Source: Bacillota bacterium (GTDB lineage: Bacteria > Bacillota > JAAYKD01). From it: a DNA stretch of 64,000 nt. Positions 51,799 to 62,385 of the stretch are shown here, one piece after another; the stretch's first letter is position 1; every line of letters starts with the position of its first letter. The stretch covers positions 1,280,001-1,344,000 of the forward strand of contig OY762825.2 of NCBI GenBank assembly GCA_963666425.2. The letters run 5' to 3'. A program made the translations under genes and the position numbers. The notes below the pieces were generated by a model that was given only the letters and a program-made list of their open reading frames with translations, ran no database searches and was not told the DNA's origin.

Positions 51799-52647
51799 AT
51801 GAGGCGAAAAGAACAGGCGGCTCATTTGCTTTTCTTCCTGACTGCTTGTATTTCCATTGCAGCCGTGGCCCTGATTTGCTATTTCCTGTTTGCCAACGGC
51901 ATACCGGCCATGCGGCAGATCGGGTTGTTCAACTTCCTGACGGGCCGGGTCTGGCGGCCCTCCAATGACCTCTACGGCCTGCTGCCGATGATCATGGGCA
52001 GCCTTTATGTTACAGCCGGTGCGATCTTACTTGGTGTGCCTTTGGGCGTTCTGACGGCGCTCTACCTGGCGCATTTCTGTTCTCAGCAGCTCTATCGTTT
52101 CCTGAAACCACTGATTGATTTGCTGGCCGGTATTCCTTCCGTTGTTTACGGTTTTTTTGGTATTGTTGTGTTGGTGCCGTTCGTCCGGCAGACCTTCGGC
52201 GGGGATGGCAATAGCATTCTCACCGCTGCTATCCTGCTGGGGATCATGATTCTGCCGACCATCATAGAGATTTCCGAAGCGGCTTTACGCGCCGTGCCTG
52301 CCAGCTACTACGAGGGCAGTCTGGCCCTGGGAGCCAGTCATGAACGCTCTGTTTTATTCACCGTCCTGCCCGCGGCCAAATCCGGTATCCTGGCCGGCGT
52401 TGTGCTGGGTGTGGGACGTGCCATTGGCGAGACCATGGCCGTCATGATGGTCGCCGGCAACCAAACCAGAATGCCCACCAGCATTTTGGCCGGAATCCGC
52501 ACACTCACCAGTAATATTGCTATGGAAATGGGTTATGCCACGGATCTGCACAGAGAGGTGCTGATTGCCACTGCAGTTGTCCTCTTTGTCTTCATTCTAA
52601 TCATCAACCTTTCGTTTTCCTTGCTGAAGAGGAGGTCAACCCTATGA
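51799..52647 (+). CDS. pstC: Phosphate ABC transporter permease
   Basis: LAGIPSVVYG, EAA loop, RAIGETMAV. Confidence 0.93.
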   Translation: MRRKEQAAHLLFFLTACISIAAVALICYFLFANGIPAMRQIGLFNFLTGRVWRPSNDLYGLLPMIMGSLYVTAGAILLGVPLGVLTALYLAHFCSQQLYRFLKPLIDLLAGIPSVVYGFFGIVVLVPFVRQTFGGDGNSILTAAILLGIMILPTIIEISEAALRAVPASYYEGSLALGASHERSVLFTVLPAAKSGILAGVVLGVGRAIGETMAVMMVAGNQTRMPTSILAGIRTLTSNIAMEMGYATDLHREVLIATAVVLFVFILIINLSFSLLKRRSTL

Positions 52648-53510
52648 AACGCCCGTTGCGCACCATCCGTCTGCTGCAATTTCGCTATCGGCACGATCCG
52701 CTCTCTCTGCTAATTCGGCTGTTGGTTTCTCTGGCTGCTCTGTCTACTGCCGGCATTCTGCTGCTCCTGGTCGGCTACATTCTGATCAAAGGAATTCCTC
52801 ATCTGCAGCCTTCCCTGTTTGCACTGCACTATAACAGTGAAAATGTTTCCTTACTGCCGGCGTTGATCAATACGCTGATGATCATCCTGCTGTCGCTGGC
52901 CATCGCCGTTCCGCTGGGTATCTTCTCCGCTCTCTATCTTTCGGAATACGCCGGACGCAGTAACCGCTTGGTGGAATGGATCCGTTTAGCCACCGAAACG
53001 CTGGCCGGGATTCCCTCGATCATTTATGGTTTGTTCGGTATGCTTTTCTTCGTCACATTTTTGCACTGGGGTTATTCTCTCCTGGCGGGTGCCTGCACCT
53101 TAGCGATCATGATTTTGCCTTTGATGATGCGCACCACGGAGGAAGCGCTGCATTCCGTACCCGATGCTTATCGGGAAGGCAGTTTTGCCCTGGGTGCCGG
53201 ACGTTTACGCACCATCTTTCAGATTGTTTTACCGGCGGCGATGCCGGGCATTCTGGCAGGCGTGATTTTAAGTATCGGACGCATCGTGGGAGAATCCGCA
53301 GCCCTGATCTATACGGCGGGAACAGCCAGCCAAATTGCCAACGGCTTATTTTCTTCCGGACGCACCTTATCCGTCCACATGTATAACATCTCCAATGAAG
53401 GGTTATATCTCAACCAAACTTATGCAACCGCAGTTGTCTTGCTCCTATTGGTGGCACTGATCAATTGGGTTTCGCATTTTGTCGCCGGAAAACTGACGAA
53501 AGGATCTTAA
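52644..53510 (+). CDS. pstA: Phosphate ABC transporter permease
   Basis: [29 protein letters not shown]. Confidence 0.93.
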   Translation: MKRPLRTIRLLQFRYRHDPLSLLIRLLVSLAALSTAGILLLLVGYILIKGIPHLQPSLFALHYNSENVSLLPALINTLMIILLSLAIAVPLGIFSALYLSEYAGRSNRLVEWIRLATETLAGIPSIIYGLFGMLFFVTFLHWGYSLLAGACTLAIMILPLMMRTTEEALHSVPDAYREGSFALGAGRLRTIFQIVLPAAMPGILAGVILSIGRIVGESAALIYTAGTASQIANGLFSSGRTLSVHMYNISNEGLYLNQTYATAVVLLLLVALINWVSHFVAGKLTKGS

Positions 53511-53511
53511 G

Positions 53512-54261
53512 ATGGATAAATTTACAATTAGCGATCTCAATCTTTATTATGGCGATTTTCATGCTTTGAAAAATATGAACCTGAAACTGGCAGAAAATCG
53601 TATCACCGCCTTCATTGGCCCCTCTGGCTGTGGCAAATCTTCTCTTTTGAAATGCCTGAATCGCATGAATGATCTGATCGAGGGCTGTAAAATTACAGGA
53701 GAAATTCGCTTGGATGGCGAAGACATTTACGGAGCGATGGATGTCAATCAATTGCGTAAGCGAGTCGGCATGGTTTTTCAAAAACCGAATCCCTTTCCGA
53801 TGAGTATTTATGATAATGTTGCTTACGGTCCGCGCACCCACGGCATTGGCAGCAAAGCCAAACTGGATGGCATCGTCGAGCAAGCCCTGCACGACGCGGC
53901 GATCTGGGATGAACTGAAAGATCGTCTGAAAAAAAATGCACTCAGTCTTTCCGGTGGGCAGCAGCAGCGACTCTGCATTGCCAGAGCTTTGGCAGTGGAA
54001 CCCGAGGTTTTGCTGATGGATGAGCCGACTGCCTCGCTCGATCCCATCTCCACTTCCAAGATTGAGGATTTGATTGTTGAACTGAAGAAAAAATATACGA
54101 TTGTGATCGTCACCCATAATATGCAGCAGGCCGTGCGCACCTCCGATCAAACCGCGTTCTTCCTGTTGGGCGAAATTGTGGAGGTCGCCGCCACCGAGCA
54201 GTTGTTTTCCATGCCAAAAGAAAAGCGCACCGAAGATTATATCACCGGCAGGTTCGGCTAA
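53512..54261 (+). CDS. pstB: Phosphate ABC transporter ATPase
   Basis: [30 protein letters not shown]. Confidence 0.96.
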   Translation: MDKFTISDLNLYYGDFHALKNMNLKLAENRITAFIGPSGCGKSSLLKCLNRMNDLIEGCKITGEIRLDGEDIYGAMDVNQLRKRVGMVFQKPNPFPMSIYDNVAYGPRTHGIGSKAKLDGIVEQALHDAAIWDELKDRLKKNALSLSGGQQQRLCIARALAVEPEVLLMDEPTASLDPISTSKIEDLIVELKKKYTIVIVTHNMQQAVRTSDQTAFFLLGEIVEVAATEQLFSMPKEKRTEDYITGRFG

Positions 54262-54350
54262 TGGCAGCTGCCACCCAATCAGAATAGCTGCAGCCAATCG
54301 CTGCAGGGGGATTGGTAGATCACACCGGCTACAAAGAAGGGGATGACCAG

Positions 54351-55025
54351 ATGATTTATTGCGTTGAGGATGATCTGAACATCAGGGAATTGATTGTTTA
54401 CACACTGCAATCCACCGGCTTTACAGCCAAGGGCTTCGCCGATGGCGAAGCTTTTTTTATGGAACTGCAGCTAAAATTACCGGATTTGGTGATCCTCGAT
54501 CTGATGCTGCCCGGTCAGGATGGCGCGTCTATCCTGAGGCAGCTGCGCGGCACGGCGCAAACCGCCGATTTACCGGTGATTCTGGCAACCGCCAAGGGCA
54601 GCGAATATGACAAGGTGAGCGGGCTGGACGCCGGGGCGGATGACTATATCAGTAAACCTTTTGGTATGATGGAATTAGTTTCCCGTGTGAAAGCGGTTCT
54701 TCGCCGCAGCGGCTCAAAACAAAAAGAGGTTCTCTTAACGCGGGGAGATTTAAGTCTCAATGCGGAAAAGCACCAGGTATCGGTCAAAGGAGAACCCATC
54801 CTGCTGACACTGAAAGAATTCTTACTGCTGCAGCAGTTGATGTCGAACCCTGGCACGGTTTTCACCCGTGATGCTTTGCTGGCGACGATCTGGGGTTATG
54901 ATTTCAGCGGTGAAACCAGAACGGTGGACGTACATGTAAGAACTCTGCGGCAAAAACTGGGCGAATGCGGCAATCTGATCGAAACGGTACGCGGACTGGG
55001 CTACCGTATGGTGGAACAGGCATGA
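54351..55025 (+). CDS. phoP: OmpR-family response regulator (PhoP/PhoB-like)
   Basis: VEDD, LDLMLP, GADDYISKPF, RTVDVHV, TVRGLGY; in the pst locus. Confidence 0.85.
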   Translation: MIYCVEDDLNIRELIVYTLQSTGFTAKGFADGEAFFMELQLKLPDLVILDLMLPGQDGASILRQLRGTAQTADLPVILATAKGSEYDKVSGLDAGADDYISKPFGMMELVSRVKAVLRRSGSKQKEVLLTRGDLSLNAEKHQVSVKGEPILLTLKEFLLLQQLMSNPGTVFTRDALLATIWGYDFSGETRTVDVHVRTLRQKLGECGNLIETVRGLGYRMVEQA

Positions 55026-56713
55026 AAAGACGTATCTTTAGCGCCATCTGCCTGCTTTCACTCTTTGCTGTGCTGCTGAGCAGCAGCCTCTTCTTTGCCG
55101 TGGTTTACAAAGAGGTTTATCTCGATAAACAGCAGGAAGTGCGCAATGAATTGGTTCTGATCCGTACCGGGTTCACACAAGGAAATCTCGCTTATCTGCA
55201 AACCCTGCAGAGTGTGCCGGAACGCAACCGTCTCAACCGCATTACTTTGATCAGCGCTAAGGGAGTCGTACTCTTTGATAATTACGAAACGGCCGCGACC
55301 ATGGAAAATCATTTGGACCGACCGGAAGTCATCAGCGCTCTGCAGAACGGCAGTGGCGAAGCAGTGCGCATGTCCGACACGCTGCATCAACAGACTTATT
55401 ATTACGCCGAACGTTTGGCCGACGGCACGGTGCTGCGTCTTGCCTTAACCACTGCCAGCATCTGGGGAATGCTGTTCAACCTGCTGCCCTCTTTGCTGCT
55501 GATCATCACTCTGGTGATCCTCTTGGCTTTTTGGCTTGCCCGTCATGAAACGCAGGCAATTATCCAGCCAATCAATGCCATCAATCTGCAGGAACCGCTT
55601 GAAAAAGATACTTATGATGAATTGGCGCCGCTGCTGCTGCGGATTGAACAGCAGAACAAAGAGATCGCTGCTAGAATGGCAGAATTATCACAGACGCGCT
55701 CTGAATTCATTACCATCACGGAAAATATGAGCAATGGGCTGATCCTGCTCAATCAAAGAGAAGAGATCCTGACGATCAACCGCAGCGCCTGCAGATTACT
55801 GAACTTAAAAGCAGATCAGACAGCCGGCAGAAAACTGTTGACGCAGAATCGCAGCTCTGTCCTGCAGAATTTGCTGCAAAAAGCAGAGCAAGGCGAAATC
55901 GCCGAAGCGGTTCTGCAGCAAAATCAACACAGTTATCAGCTGCTGGCCCATCCGGTTCTGAATAAGACAGAACTGCAGGGAATTGTACTGCTGATTTTGG
56001 ATATCACCGAGCAACAAGCCGCAGAACAGCTGCGCCGTGAATTTGCCGCTAATGTTTCTCATGAATTAAAAACACCGCTGCAATCAATTTCGGGTTATGC
56101 GGAAATTATCAGCAATCATCTGGTCAAAGCGGAAGATATCCCTGAATTCGTCGATCGCATCTATCGGGAAGCCCGCCGACTGATTGTTTTGGTGGATGAC
56201 ATCATGAAAATCTCCCGATTGGATGAAAACAAACCCAGCCTCACCGAGGAACCGGTTGATTTGTATCGGCTAACACAGGATATCCTGCAGCGTTTGCAGC
56301 CACAGGCGGCAGCAAAACAAGTCCATCTGGAACTGAAAGGCGTTTCAGCAGAAATACGAGGGGTCCGACAAATCCTGGACGAGATGATTTATAACCTATG
56401 TGATAATGCCATCAAATATAACAAGCAAGGCGGCCGCGTAGATGTCATCATCGAACGTCTGCCGGACATGCTGCGGCTGCGGGTCATCGATACCGGCATC
56501 GGCATTGCTCCGGAAGATCAGGAGCATGTTTTCGAGCGTTTCTATCGCGTTGACAAGAGTCATTCGCAAAAAATCGGCGGTACTGGTCTGGGACTCTCGA
56601 TTGTCAAACATGGTGCCCGTTATCATCACGCCGAATTGGAACTGCAGAGCATTCCGAATCAAGGTACTACCATCACCCTGAGCTTCCCTTTCGCAAATAA
56701 AATTAATCTGTAA
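55022..56713 (+). CDS. phoR: PAS-domain sensor histidine kinase (PhoR-like)
   Basis: Two TM segments, MENHLDRPEV, ANVSHELKTPL, NAIKY, DTGIGI, GGTGLGL. Confidence 0.87.
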   Translation: MKRRIFSAICLLSLFAVLLSSSLFFAVVYKEVYLDKQQEVRNELVLIRTGFTQGNLAYLQTLQSVPERNRLNRITLISAKGVVLFDNYETAATMENHLDRPEVISALQNGSGEAVRMSDTLHQQTYYYAERLADGTVLRLALTTASIWGMLFNLLPSLLLIITLVILLAFWLARHETQAIIQPINAINLQEPLEKDTYDELAPLLLRIEQQNKEIAARMAELSQTRSEFITITENMSNGLILLNQREEILTINRSACRLLNLKADQTAGRKLLTQNRSSVLQNLLQKAEQGEIAEAVLQQNQHSYQLLAHPVLNKTELQGIVLLILDITEQQAAEQLRREFAANVSHELKTPLQSISGYAEIISNHLVKAEDIPEFVDRIYREARRLIVLVDDIMKISRLDENKPSLTEEPVDLYRLTQDILQRLQPQAAAKQVHLELKGVSAEIRGVRQILDEMIYNLCDNAIKYNKQGGRVDVIIERLPDMLRLRVIDTGIGIAPEDQEHVFERFYRVDKSHSQKIGGTGLGLSIVKHGARYHHAELELQSIPNQGTTITLSFPFANKINL

Positions 56714-56784
56714 GAATAGGAGGAAACAAACAGCAGAAAAGAGAATATATGCCTACAAATCGGAACTAAAGAGGGGCGTTATCA

Positions 56785-57150
56785 ATGAAGCTGATTATCT
56801 CCATCATTCAAGACCAGGACTTTCATGCTCTCTCTGAAATCTTACTCGAGAAAAATTTCCGTTCAACCCGACTGTCCAGTACCGGTGGCTTCCTCAGCAC
56901 CGGCAATACGACTCTGCTGATTGGCGTTGAAGCAACCAGAGTAGACGAAGCCATTGGTCTCTTAAAGCAATATTGTCATGCCCGTACTCAACTCATGAAT
57001 GCCGGTCCTACGACCGTAGATTTTCTTGGTGCAATGCCGCATTATCCGGTCGAGGTGATCGTCGGCGGTGCCATCATCTTTGTTTTAGATACAGAATGTA
57101 TCGACCTGGAACAAATCGCCAAGCCACAGAGTGAAAATACGCAGCCGTAA
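56785..57150 (+). CDS. darA: Cyclic-di-AMP receptor, PII-like (DarA/YaaQ)
   Basis: MKLIISIIQDQD, TRLSSTGGFL..GNTTLLIG, PVEVIVGGA. Confidence 0.88.
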   Translation: MKLIISIIQDQDFHALSEILLEKNFRSTRLSSTGGFLSTGNTTLLIGVEATRVDEAIGLLKQYCHARTQLMNAGPTTVDFLGAMPHYPVEVIVGGAIIFVLDTECIDLEQIAKPQSENTQP

Positions 57151-57408
57151 AAAACCAAGACAAAGCAGCTAGAGGACCGGATCTCGAATCCAACGGTATA
57201 GTTTCTGATGAACTATGCCGTTTTCTTTTTCGTTTCTCGTTCTTACTGCCGCTCTCTCCCTCAATTCTCGGAATTCACCGCGGGTTCCGCAGATTTTTCT
57301 GAAAATCTTGCATTACCACCGGATTTTAAGGGAACCGAAAACAAAATCAAAGCGTCTATAGCAATGATTACCGAGTGTTGGAAAATTTCACAAAAGAAGG
57401 AGGAAATT

Positions 57409-59706
57409 ATGTTTAAGAAAATTATCTGTACGAGCCTGATTGCACTTTTGGTCATGACAATGACACCTGCTGTCAGCGCCGCGGAACCGCTGACCCCGCC
57501 GACGGGAACCACGAAAGAAGCGGTAGTGACAAGCAGCAGCGAGGCTGTGAAAGAACGGTTGGGTAAGGTCACTTTGTTAGTCAAGCAGAACCTCAATCTG
57601 GATGATCGCTACACTACCTTCAATGGCACTTTGAACGAAGATATCATCGATTCTTACTGGAACCTGAACTGGTCCAATGATCAGGAAACGCTCACGGTCT
57701 ATGCCAAAGAAAGCGGTAAGGTGATGCAGTATCAACGCTATCGTACCGCTGACAACCAAGCTTATTATTACAAATACAACCCGGATTTCTCCCCGGTTTT
57801 TCCTGCCAACAGTAGAATTGACGCAAAACTGGCCGCTGAAACCTTTGTTCCCGCTTTATTGACCACAGGAGAAACTGCTGTCTTTGAACCAACGGAGGCC
57901 CTGGAATTACTCTCCGCAACAACTTATGGTTTTAGTGGCAAGATTCAAATGCACGGTCTTGATACCGGCATTACCTTCTCGGTCACCGTCTTTGCAGACG
58001 ATTTGACCATCAACAGATTTAGCCGCAGTGATGCCAATACCAAGATAATCAATAATTTCTCCGATACAACCACGGCAGTCGATGCTGCGGCTGCAGCAGC
58101 AAAGCTGCGCTCGATTGTTAAAATGCAGCTGCAATATGTGCTGAAAGATACCACCCCCAGCGAACCTGTCCTGCCACAGCCGGAGGGGATCAAAACAACC
58201 GGAAATACTTCTGCTGCCCAAGCAGTCTTACGATATCTGCCCATGATTGATGGCAATTATATCGTTGATGCCAAAACCGGCGAATTGATTGACATCACCG
58301 ATTTATACGATGCTTTTAACCGAGCCAACGAAGCGGTAAAAGCGCCTGCGGGGATGGGTTCCTCCGACTCCAGCTCCTATGGCAGTACGCTCAGCGAAGT
58401 GGAACTGGCAGGTGTTGAGAAACTCAAAGACGTCCTCAGTAAAGAAGAACTGCAGGCAGCCGTTAAAAATCTGCCGGAAGTCATGTTGGATGACAGTTAT
58501 ACCCTCACCGGCTACAATTTCTATTTGAATGAAGAAAACGGCGATGTGACTGTCTATTTAAACTTCAGTAAAACCTACAGTGAGAATGACTATCAGTTTT
58601 ACCGCAAATTTGCCGTTCTGAATGGTAAGACCGGAGCATTACTCTCTCTCTCCTCCTCTTATCCCTATGATGAAAAAGCAGCCTTCCCTACTTTTCTAAC
58701 GGAAGAACAAGCCACCGAAAAAGCAGCCGCTTTTCTGAATCACTATTATGCAGTTCATTTCGCTGCCACGGAATTGTATGCTTCCACAGCTCCGGTAAAA
58801 ACAGAGCATACAGCGACACAGTATCAGTTTACTTACAGCCAAAAGGTTAACGGTTACTTCTTTCCCACTAATTCCATCAGCATCAGCATCAATGCCCAGA
58901 GTGGCGCGGTCGACAGCTTCAATCAGAACTGGACGGAGAATATCGTCTTTGATCAGGCTGATGGAATCATCCCGATGACCCAAGCGGAAGAGATCTATAC
59001 CGCTGCTCACACCACCAAACTGCAGTATCTGCAGCTGCCTGTCACGGTAGATCCCGAATCTCCTTATTATATTCTCTATTCCAGATATGGCTACGCTTAC
59101 TTGTATGAATATCGTCTGGCTTATCAATACAGCATTGCCAATGCTGTTTACGGGATTGATGCAAAAACCGGAGAATTATTGCAAAATACTCCGACTGCAG
59201 CCTACACAGTCCCCGTATACACCGATCTAGACACGCATTATGCCAAAATCGAGATTGAAACCCTCGCTCAATACGGTATTGGCTTCAACGGAAATCAATT
59301 TCAACCGGAAAGCGAACTGACGCAGCGCGAAATGTTGGTCTTTCTCCTGCAGGCAGCCGGTTATCTCAACCCAATGGATGATGATTCCCTCTACAACACA
59401 GCCTATTCGCTGCATCTGCTGACCGAAGCAGAACGCGCTCCCGCCTCAATTGTCAGCCGTGTTCAATTTGTGAAAACGCTGCTGAGCATGTCCGGTTACA
59501 ACAAAATCGCTCACCTCTCTACCATATTTGTCTGCAGATTCCAAGATGAGGCTGCAATCGCTTCAGAAAACTATGGCTATATCGCAATCGCCCAAGGCTT
59601 AGGTATTGTGCATGGCGATCCCAACGGCAATTTCCGTCCCGACTCAGCCACCACCAGAGCTGCAGCTGCCGTGATGCTCTTCAATTTCCTCAATCGGGAA
59701 AACTAA
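57409..59706 (+). CDS. Secreted S-layer-homology protein with YcdB/YcdC-like (PepSY-like) repeats
   Basis: Signal peptide; repeated IDAKTGE-type motifs; C-terminal SLH repeats (FQPESELTQRE, FRPDSATTRA). Confidence 0.8.
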   Translation: MFKKIICTSLIALLVMTMTPAVSAAEPLTPPTGTTKEAVVTSSSEAVKERLGKVTLLVKQNLNLDDRYTTFNGTLNEDIIDSYWNLNWSNDQETLTVYAKESGKVMQYQRYRTADNQAYYYKYNPDFSPVFPANSRIDAKLAAETFVPALLTTGETAVFEPTEALELLSATTYGFSGKIQMHGLDTGITFSVTVFADDLTINRFSRSDANTKIINNFSDTTTAVDAAAAAAKLRSIVKMQLQYVLKDTTPSEPVLPQPEGIKTTGNTSAAQAVLRYLPMIDGNYIVDAKTGELIDITDLYDAFNRANEAVKAPAGMGSSDSSSYGSTLSEVELAGVEKLKDVLSKEELQAAVKNLPEVMLDDSYTLTGYNFYLNEENGDVTVYLNFSKTYSENDYQFYRKFAVLNGKTGALLSLSSSYPYDEKAAFPTFLTEEQATEKAAAFLNHYYAVHFAATELYASTAPVKTEHTATQYQFTYSQKVNGYFFPTNSISISINAQSGAVDSFNQNWTENIVFDQADGIIPMTQAEEIYTAAHTTKLQYLQLPVTVDPESPYYILYSRYGYAYLYEYRLAYQYSIANAVYGIDAKTGELLQNTPTAAYTVPVYTDLDTHYAKIEIETLAQYGIGFNGNQFQPESELTQREMLVFLLQAAGYLNPMDDDSLYNTAYSLHLLTEAERAPASIVSRVQFVKTLLSMSGYNKIAHLSTIFVCRFQDEAAIASENYGYIAIAQGLGIVHGDPNGNFRPDSATTRAAAAVMLFNFLNREN

Positions 59707-59805
59707 TTTTGCCTGTTCCGGAAAATTCGGCCGGTCGATTGGCTTACCAGCCATCGGCCGGTTTTTCATCTCCCGCTTCCGAAAAAAATCTCTCATTTTA
59801 TTCGC

Positions 59806-59834
59806 TTGACAAGACAGGTAAAATGGCATATGAT
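59806..59834 (+). promoter_or_regulatory. SigA promoter of the riboswitch-ribU leader
   Basis: TTGACA-N17-TATGAT. Confidence 0.8.
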
Positions 59835-59852
59835 TCATTTCGTAATGCAAGA

Positions 59853-60001
59853 AAAGTCTTCGGGGCGGGGTGGAAATCCCCACCGGCGGTAATGGAAGTT
59901 TTTTTAAACTTCACAAGTCCGCGAGCAAAAAGCAGAGTCATCTGCTGAAGTTGAGCCGGTGTGATTCCGGTACCGACGGTATAGTCCGGATGGTAGAAGA
60001 T
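59853..60001 (+). ncRNA. FMN riboswitch (RFN element)
   Basis: TCTTCGGGGCGGGGTGGAAATCCCCACCGGCGGT...CCGCGAG...GAGCCGGTGTGATTCCGGTACCGACGGTATAGTCCGGATGGTAGAAGA. Confidence 0.96.
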
Positions 60002-60110
60002 GGAACAGCAGGTTTAAAACCTGAGCATGCCGCCGCATTTCTTTTTTAGAAAGGCTGAACTTTTAAAAAAATGTTCAACGCGGAATTTGCTGCTGTTTTT
60101 CGTCCTAAGC

Positions 60111-60150
60111 AATCGCCTCGCAGGAATGGATCTTGCCAGGCGATTTTTTT
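60111..60150 (+). terminator. Riboswitch expression-platform terminator
   Basis: AATCGCCT.GCAGGA...TCTTGC.AGGCGATT followed by a T-run, just before the ribU RBS. Confidence 0.8.
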
Positions 60151-60168
60151 ATGGAAAGAAGGATTTAG

Positions 60169-60711
60169 ATGAAAAACCATTCTCTACAATTTATGGTGCG
60201 GACAGCGCTCCTGGCTGCTTTATCCTTAGTGCTGATGCGGATCGAAACACCCCCCCTGTTTGGTACCCCTTTTCTGAAATTGGATTTATCGGATGTACCT
60301 GCCGCTTTAGCTGGCTTAGCTTACGGTCCGTTCAGTGGTTTCATGGTTGAAGTGATTAAAAATTTGGTCAATCTGCTCTTTACCGACAGTGCCGGTATCG
60401 GACAATTGGCGAACTTAATCTACGGCAGCATTTTGGTGCTCTCGATTTCTTTTGCCGGCAAGCTGAAATTCCTCAAGAATAGGAAAGCAAATTTACTGCT
60501 GACCGGCACCCTCGGTACGCTGATCATGACGGTCTCCGCTTACTTTATCAATCTTTATGTCATGTTCCCGCTTTATGCCGTCTTTATGCCGCTGCAGGTA
60601 TTGCTTGGCTTTCTGCCTGCGGTGATTGCCTTCAACCTCGTCAAAGGCGTCGTCGTCACCGTTGTCTCGGCTCTGCTCTTCTGGCGTTTGGAAGGTATTC
60701 TAGTCAAATAA
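60169..60711 (+). CDS. ribU: Riboflavin ECF S-component
   Basis: FLKLDLSDVPA, YGPFSG, KN, FNLVKG; controlled by the FMN riboswitch. Confidence 0.9.
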   Translation: MKNHSLQFMVRTALLAALSLVLMRIETPPLFGTPFLKLDLSDVPAALAGLAYGPFSGFMVEVIKNLVNLLFTDSAGIGQLANLIYGSILVLSISFAGKLKFLKNRKANLLLTGTLGTLIMTVSAYFINLYVMFPLYAVFMPLQVLLGFLPAVIAFNLVKGVVVTVVSALLFWRLEGILVK

Positions 60712-60716
60712 CAGTC

Positions 60717-60765
60717 AAAAAAATACCGCTCTGATTCACCGGGAATCAGAGCGGTATTTTTTTTG
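60717..60765. terminator. Bidirectional intrinsic terminator
   Basis: AAAAAAATACCGCTCTGATTC-ACCGG-GAATCAGAGCGGTATTTTTTT perfect inverted repeat. Confidence 0.9.
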
Positions 60766-60766
60766 A

Positions 60767-62359
60767 CTAACCCAGAATTTTCTTCAAATCCGCTTCGGGA
60801 GTACTGGTCGGCGTCAGATTGAAGTTTTCTACCAGGTAATTGAGCACGTTGGGTGAAACAAAACTCGGCAGCGTCGGTCCGAGATAAATATTCTTGATAC
60901 CCAGTGAAAGCAATGTCAACAAGATACAGACCGCTTTTTGCTCATACCAGGAAAGCACCAGGGTCAGCGGCAACTCGTTGACACCGCAATGGAAAGCGTC
61001 TGCCAGGGCAAGCGCTACTTTGATCGCGCTGTAGGCATCGTTGCATTGTCCCATGTCCATGATCCGCGGCAAACCGCCGATCGTGCCAAGGTTCAGATCA
61101 TTAAAACGATATTTACCGCAGGCTAAGGTCAGGATTACCGTGTCAGCCGGCGTCTGTTTGACAAATTCGGTATAGTAATTGCGTCCGGGTTTGGCTCCGT
61201 CGCAGCCACCCACCAAGAAGAAGTGTTTGATCGCTCCTGCTTTGACCGCATCGATGACGGTGCCAGCCACAGCAAGTACTGCACCGTGGGCAAAGCCGGT
61301 CATCACTTCATGTCCGCCATTGATACCGCTCAGCACGGTATCTTCCTGATAACCGCCCAGTTGCAGCGCTTTTTCAATCACCGGGGCAAAGTTTTTCTCG
61401 GCGCCGATATGCACAACCGCGGGATAACTGACGACTTCCGTAGTGAAAACACGATCCTGATAGCTGTCTTTCGGCGGCATCAAGCAATTGGTGGTAAACA
61501 AGATCGGCGCCGGCAGATTGGCAAATTCTTTCTGCTGATTCTGCCAAGCGGTGCCGAAGTTGCCTTTCAGATGCGGATACGCTTTCAGTTTTGGATAACC
61601 GTGCGCCGGTAGCATTTCGCCATGGGTATAGATATTGATGCCTTTGCCTGCGGTCTGCTCTAAGAGCAACTCTAAATCTTTCAAATCATGACCGGTGATC
61701 ACAATGAACGGTCCTTTTTCAATGGTCATTGGCACCACAGTCGGTACCGGTGTGCCGTAAGTATCGGTATTAGCACGGTCCAGCAGTTCCATACATTTCA
61801 AATTGACACTGCCGACTTCCATCACAATGGGCAGCAGTTCCGCCATGCCCCAGTCTTCACCAAGAGCGGACATGCCTTTGTAAAAGAATTGATTGACTGT
61901 CTCATCCGAGTAACCAAGTACCATGGCGTGATAAGCATAGGCCGACATGCCGCGCAAGCCAAAAAGAATCAGGGATTTCAAAGAACGAATGTCAACATCT
62001 GCTTCCCAGATGTTCTTCATATCATAATCATCATTTTTGCAGCAGGGCGTGGCACAGCCGCCGCATTGCGGAACCAGCATGGATTTGACCGCGTTGATTT
62101 TAGCGATCACTTCTTGAATCGTTTCATCATTAAAGTTCACATTGGTAATGGTGGTAAAGAGACCTTCCAGCATGACTTGATTGGCTGCAGCAAAGGCGGT
62201 TTTCCCGTTCATTGCCCGGGCAAGACCAATCAAAGCACCGGTCAATTCGTCCTGCAGCTCCGCAGTCGGCGCTTGTTTGCCGCAGACACCGGCTTTTCCC
62301 ATACAGCCTTTGCCACCGGCAGTTTGTTCACATTGAAAGCAAAACATTTGATTCTCCAT
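60767..62359 (-). CDS. hcp: Hybrid cluster protein (hydroxylamine/NO reductase)
   Basis: MFCFQCEQT..GC..GVCGK, YTHGEMLPAH, GGCDG, GQCNDAY, SWYEQKA. Confidence 0.96.
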   Translation of the reverse strand: MENQMFCFQCEQTAGGKGCMGKAGVCGKQAPTAELQDELTGALIGLARAMNGKTAFAAANQVMLEGLFTTITNVNFNDETIQEVIAKINAVKSMLVPQCGGCATPCCKNDDYDMKNIWEADVDIRSLKSLILFGLRGMSAYAYHAMVLGYSDETVNQFFYKGMSALGEDWGMAELLPIVMEVGSVNLKCMELLDRANTDTYGTPVPTVVPMTIEKGPFIVITGHDLKDLELLLEQTAGKGINIYTHGEMLPAHGYPKLKAYPHLKGNFGTAWQNQQKEFANLPAPILFTTNCLMPPKDSYQDRVFTTEVVSYPAVVHIGAEKNFAPVIEKALQLGGYQEDTVLSGINGGHEVMTGFAHGAVLAVAGTVIDAVKAGAIKHFFLVGGCDGAKPGRNYYTEFVKQTPADTVILTLACGKYRFNDLNLGTIGGLPRIMDMGQCNDAYSAIKVALALADAFHCGVNELPLTLVLSWYEQKAVCILLTLLSLGIKNIYLGPTLPSFVSPNVLNYLVENFNLTPTSTPEADLKKILG

Positions 62360-62385
62360 GATTTCTCCTCCTTCAATTATTCATT

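Noticed and set aside
53461-54297. 278-aa antisense ORF over pstB
   Set aside because: Typical shadow ORF of a conserved ABC ATPase; no RBS or recognisable motifs.
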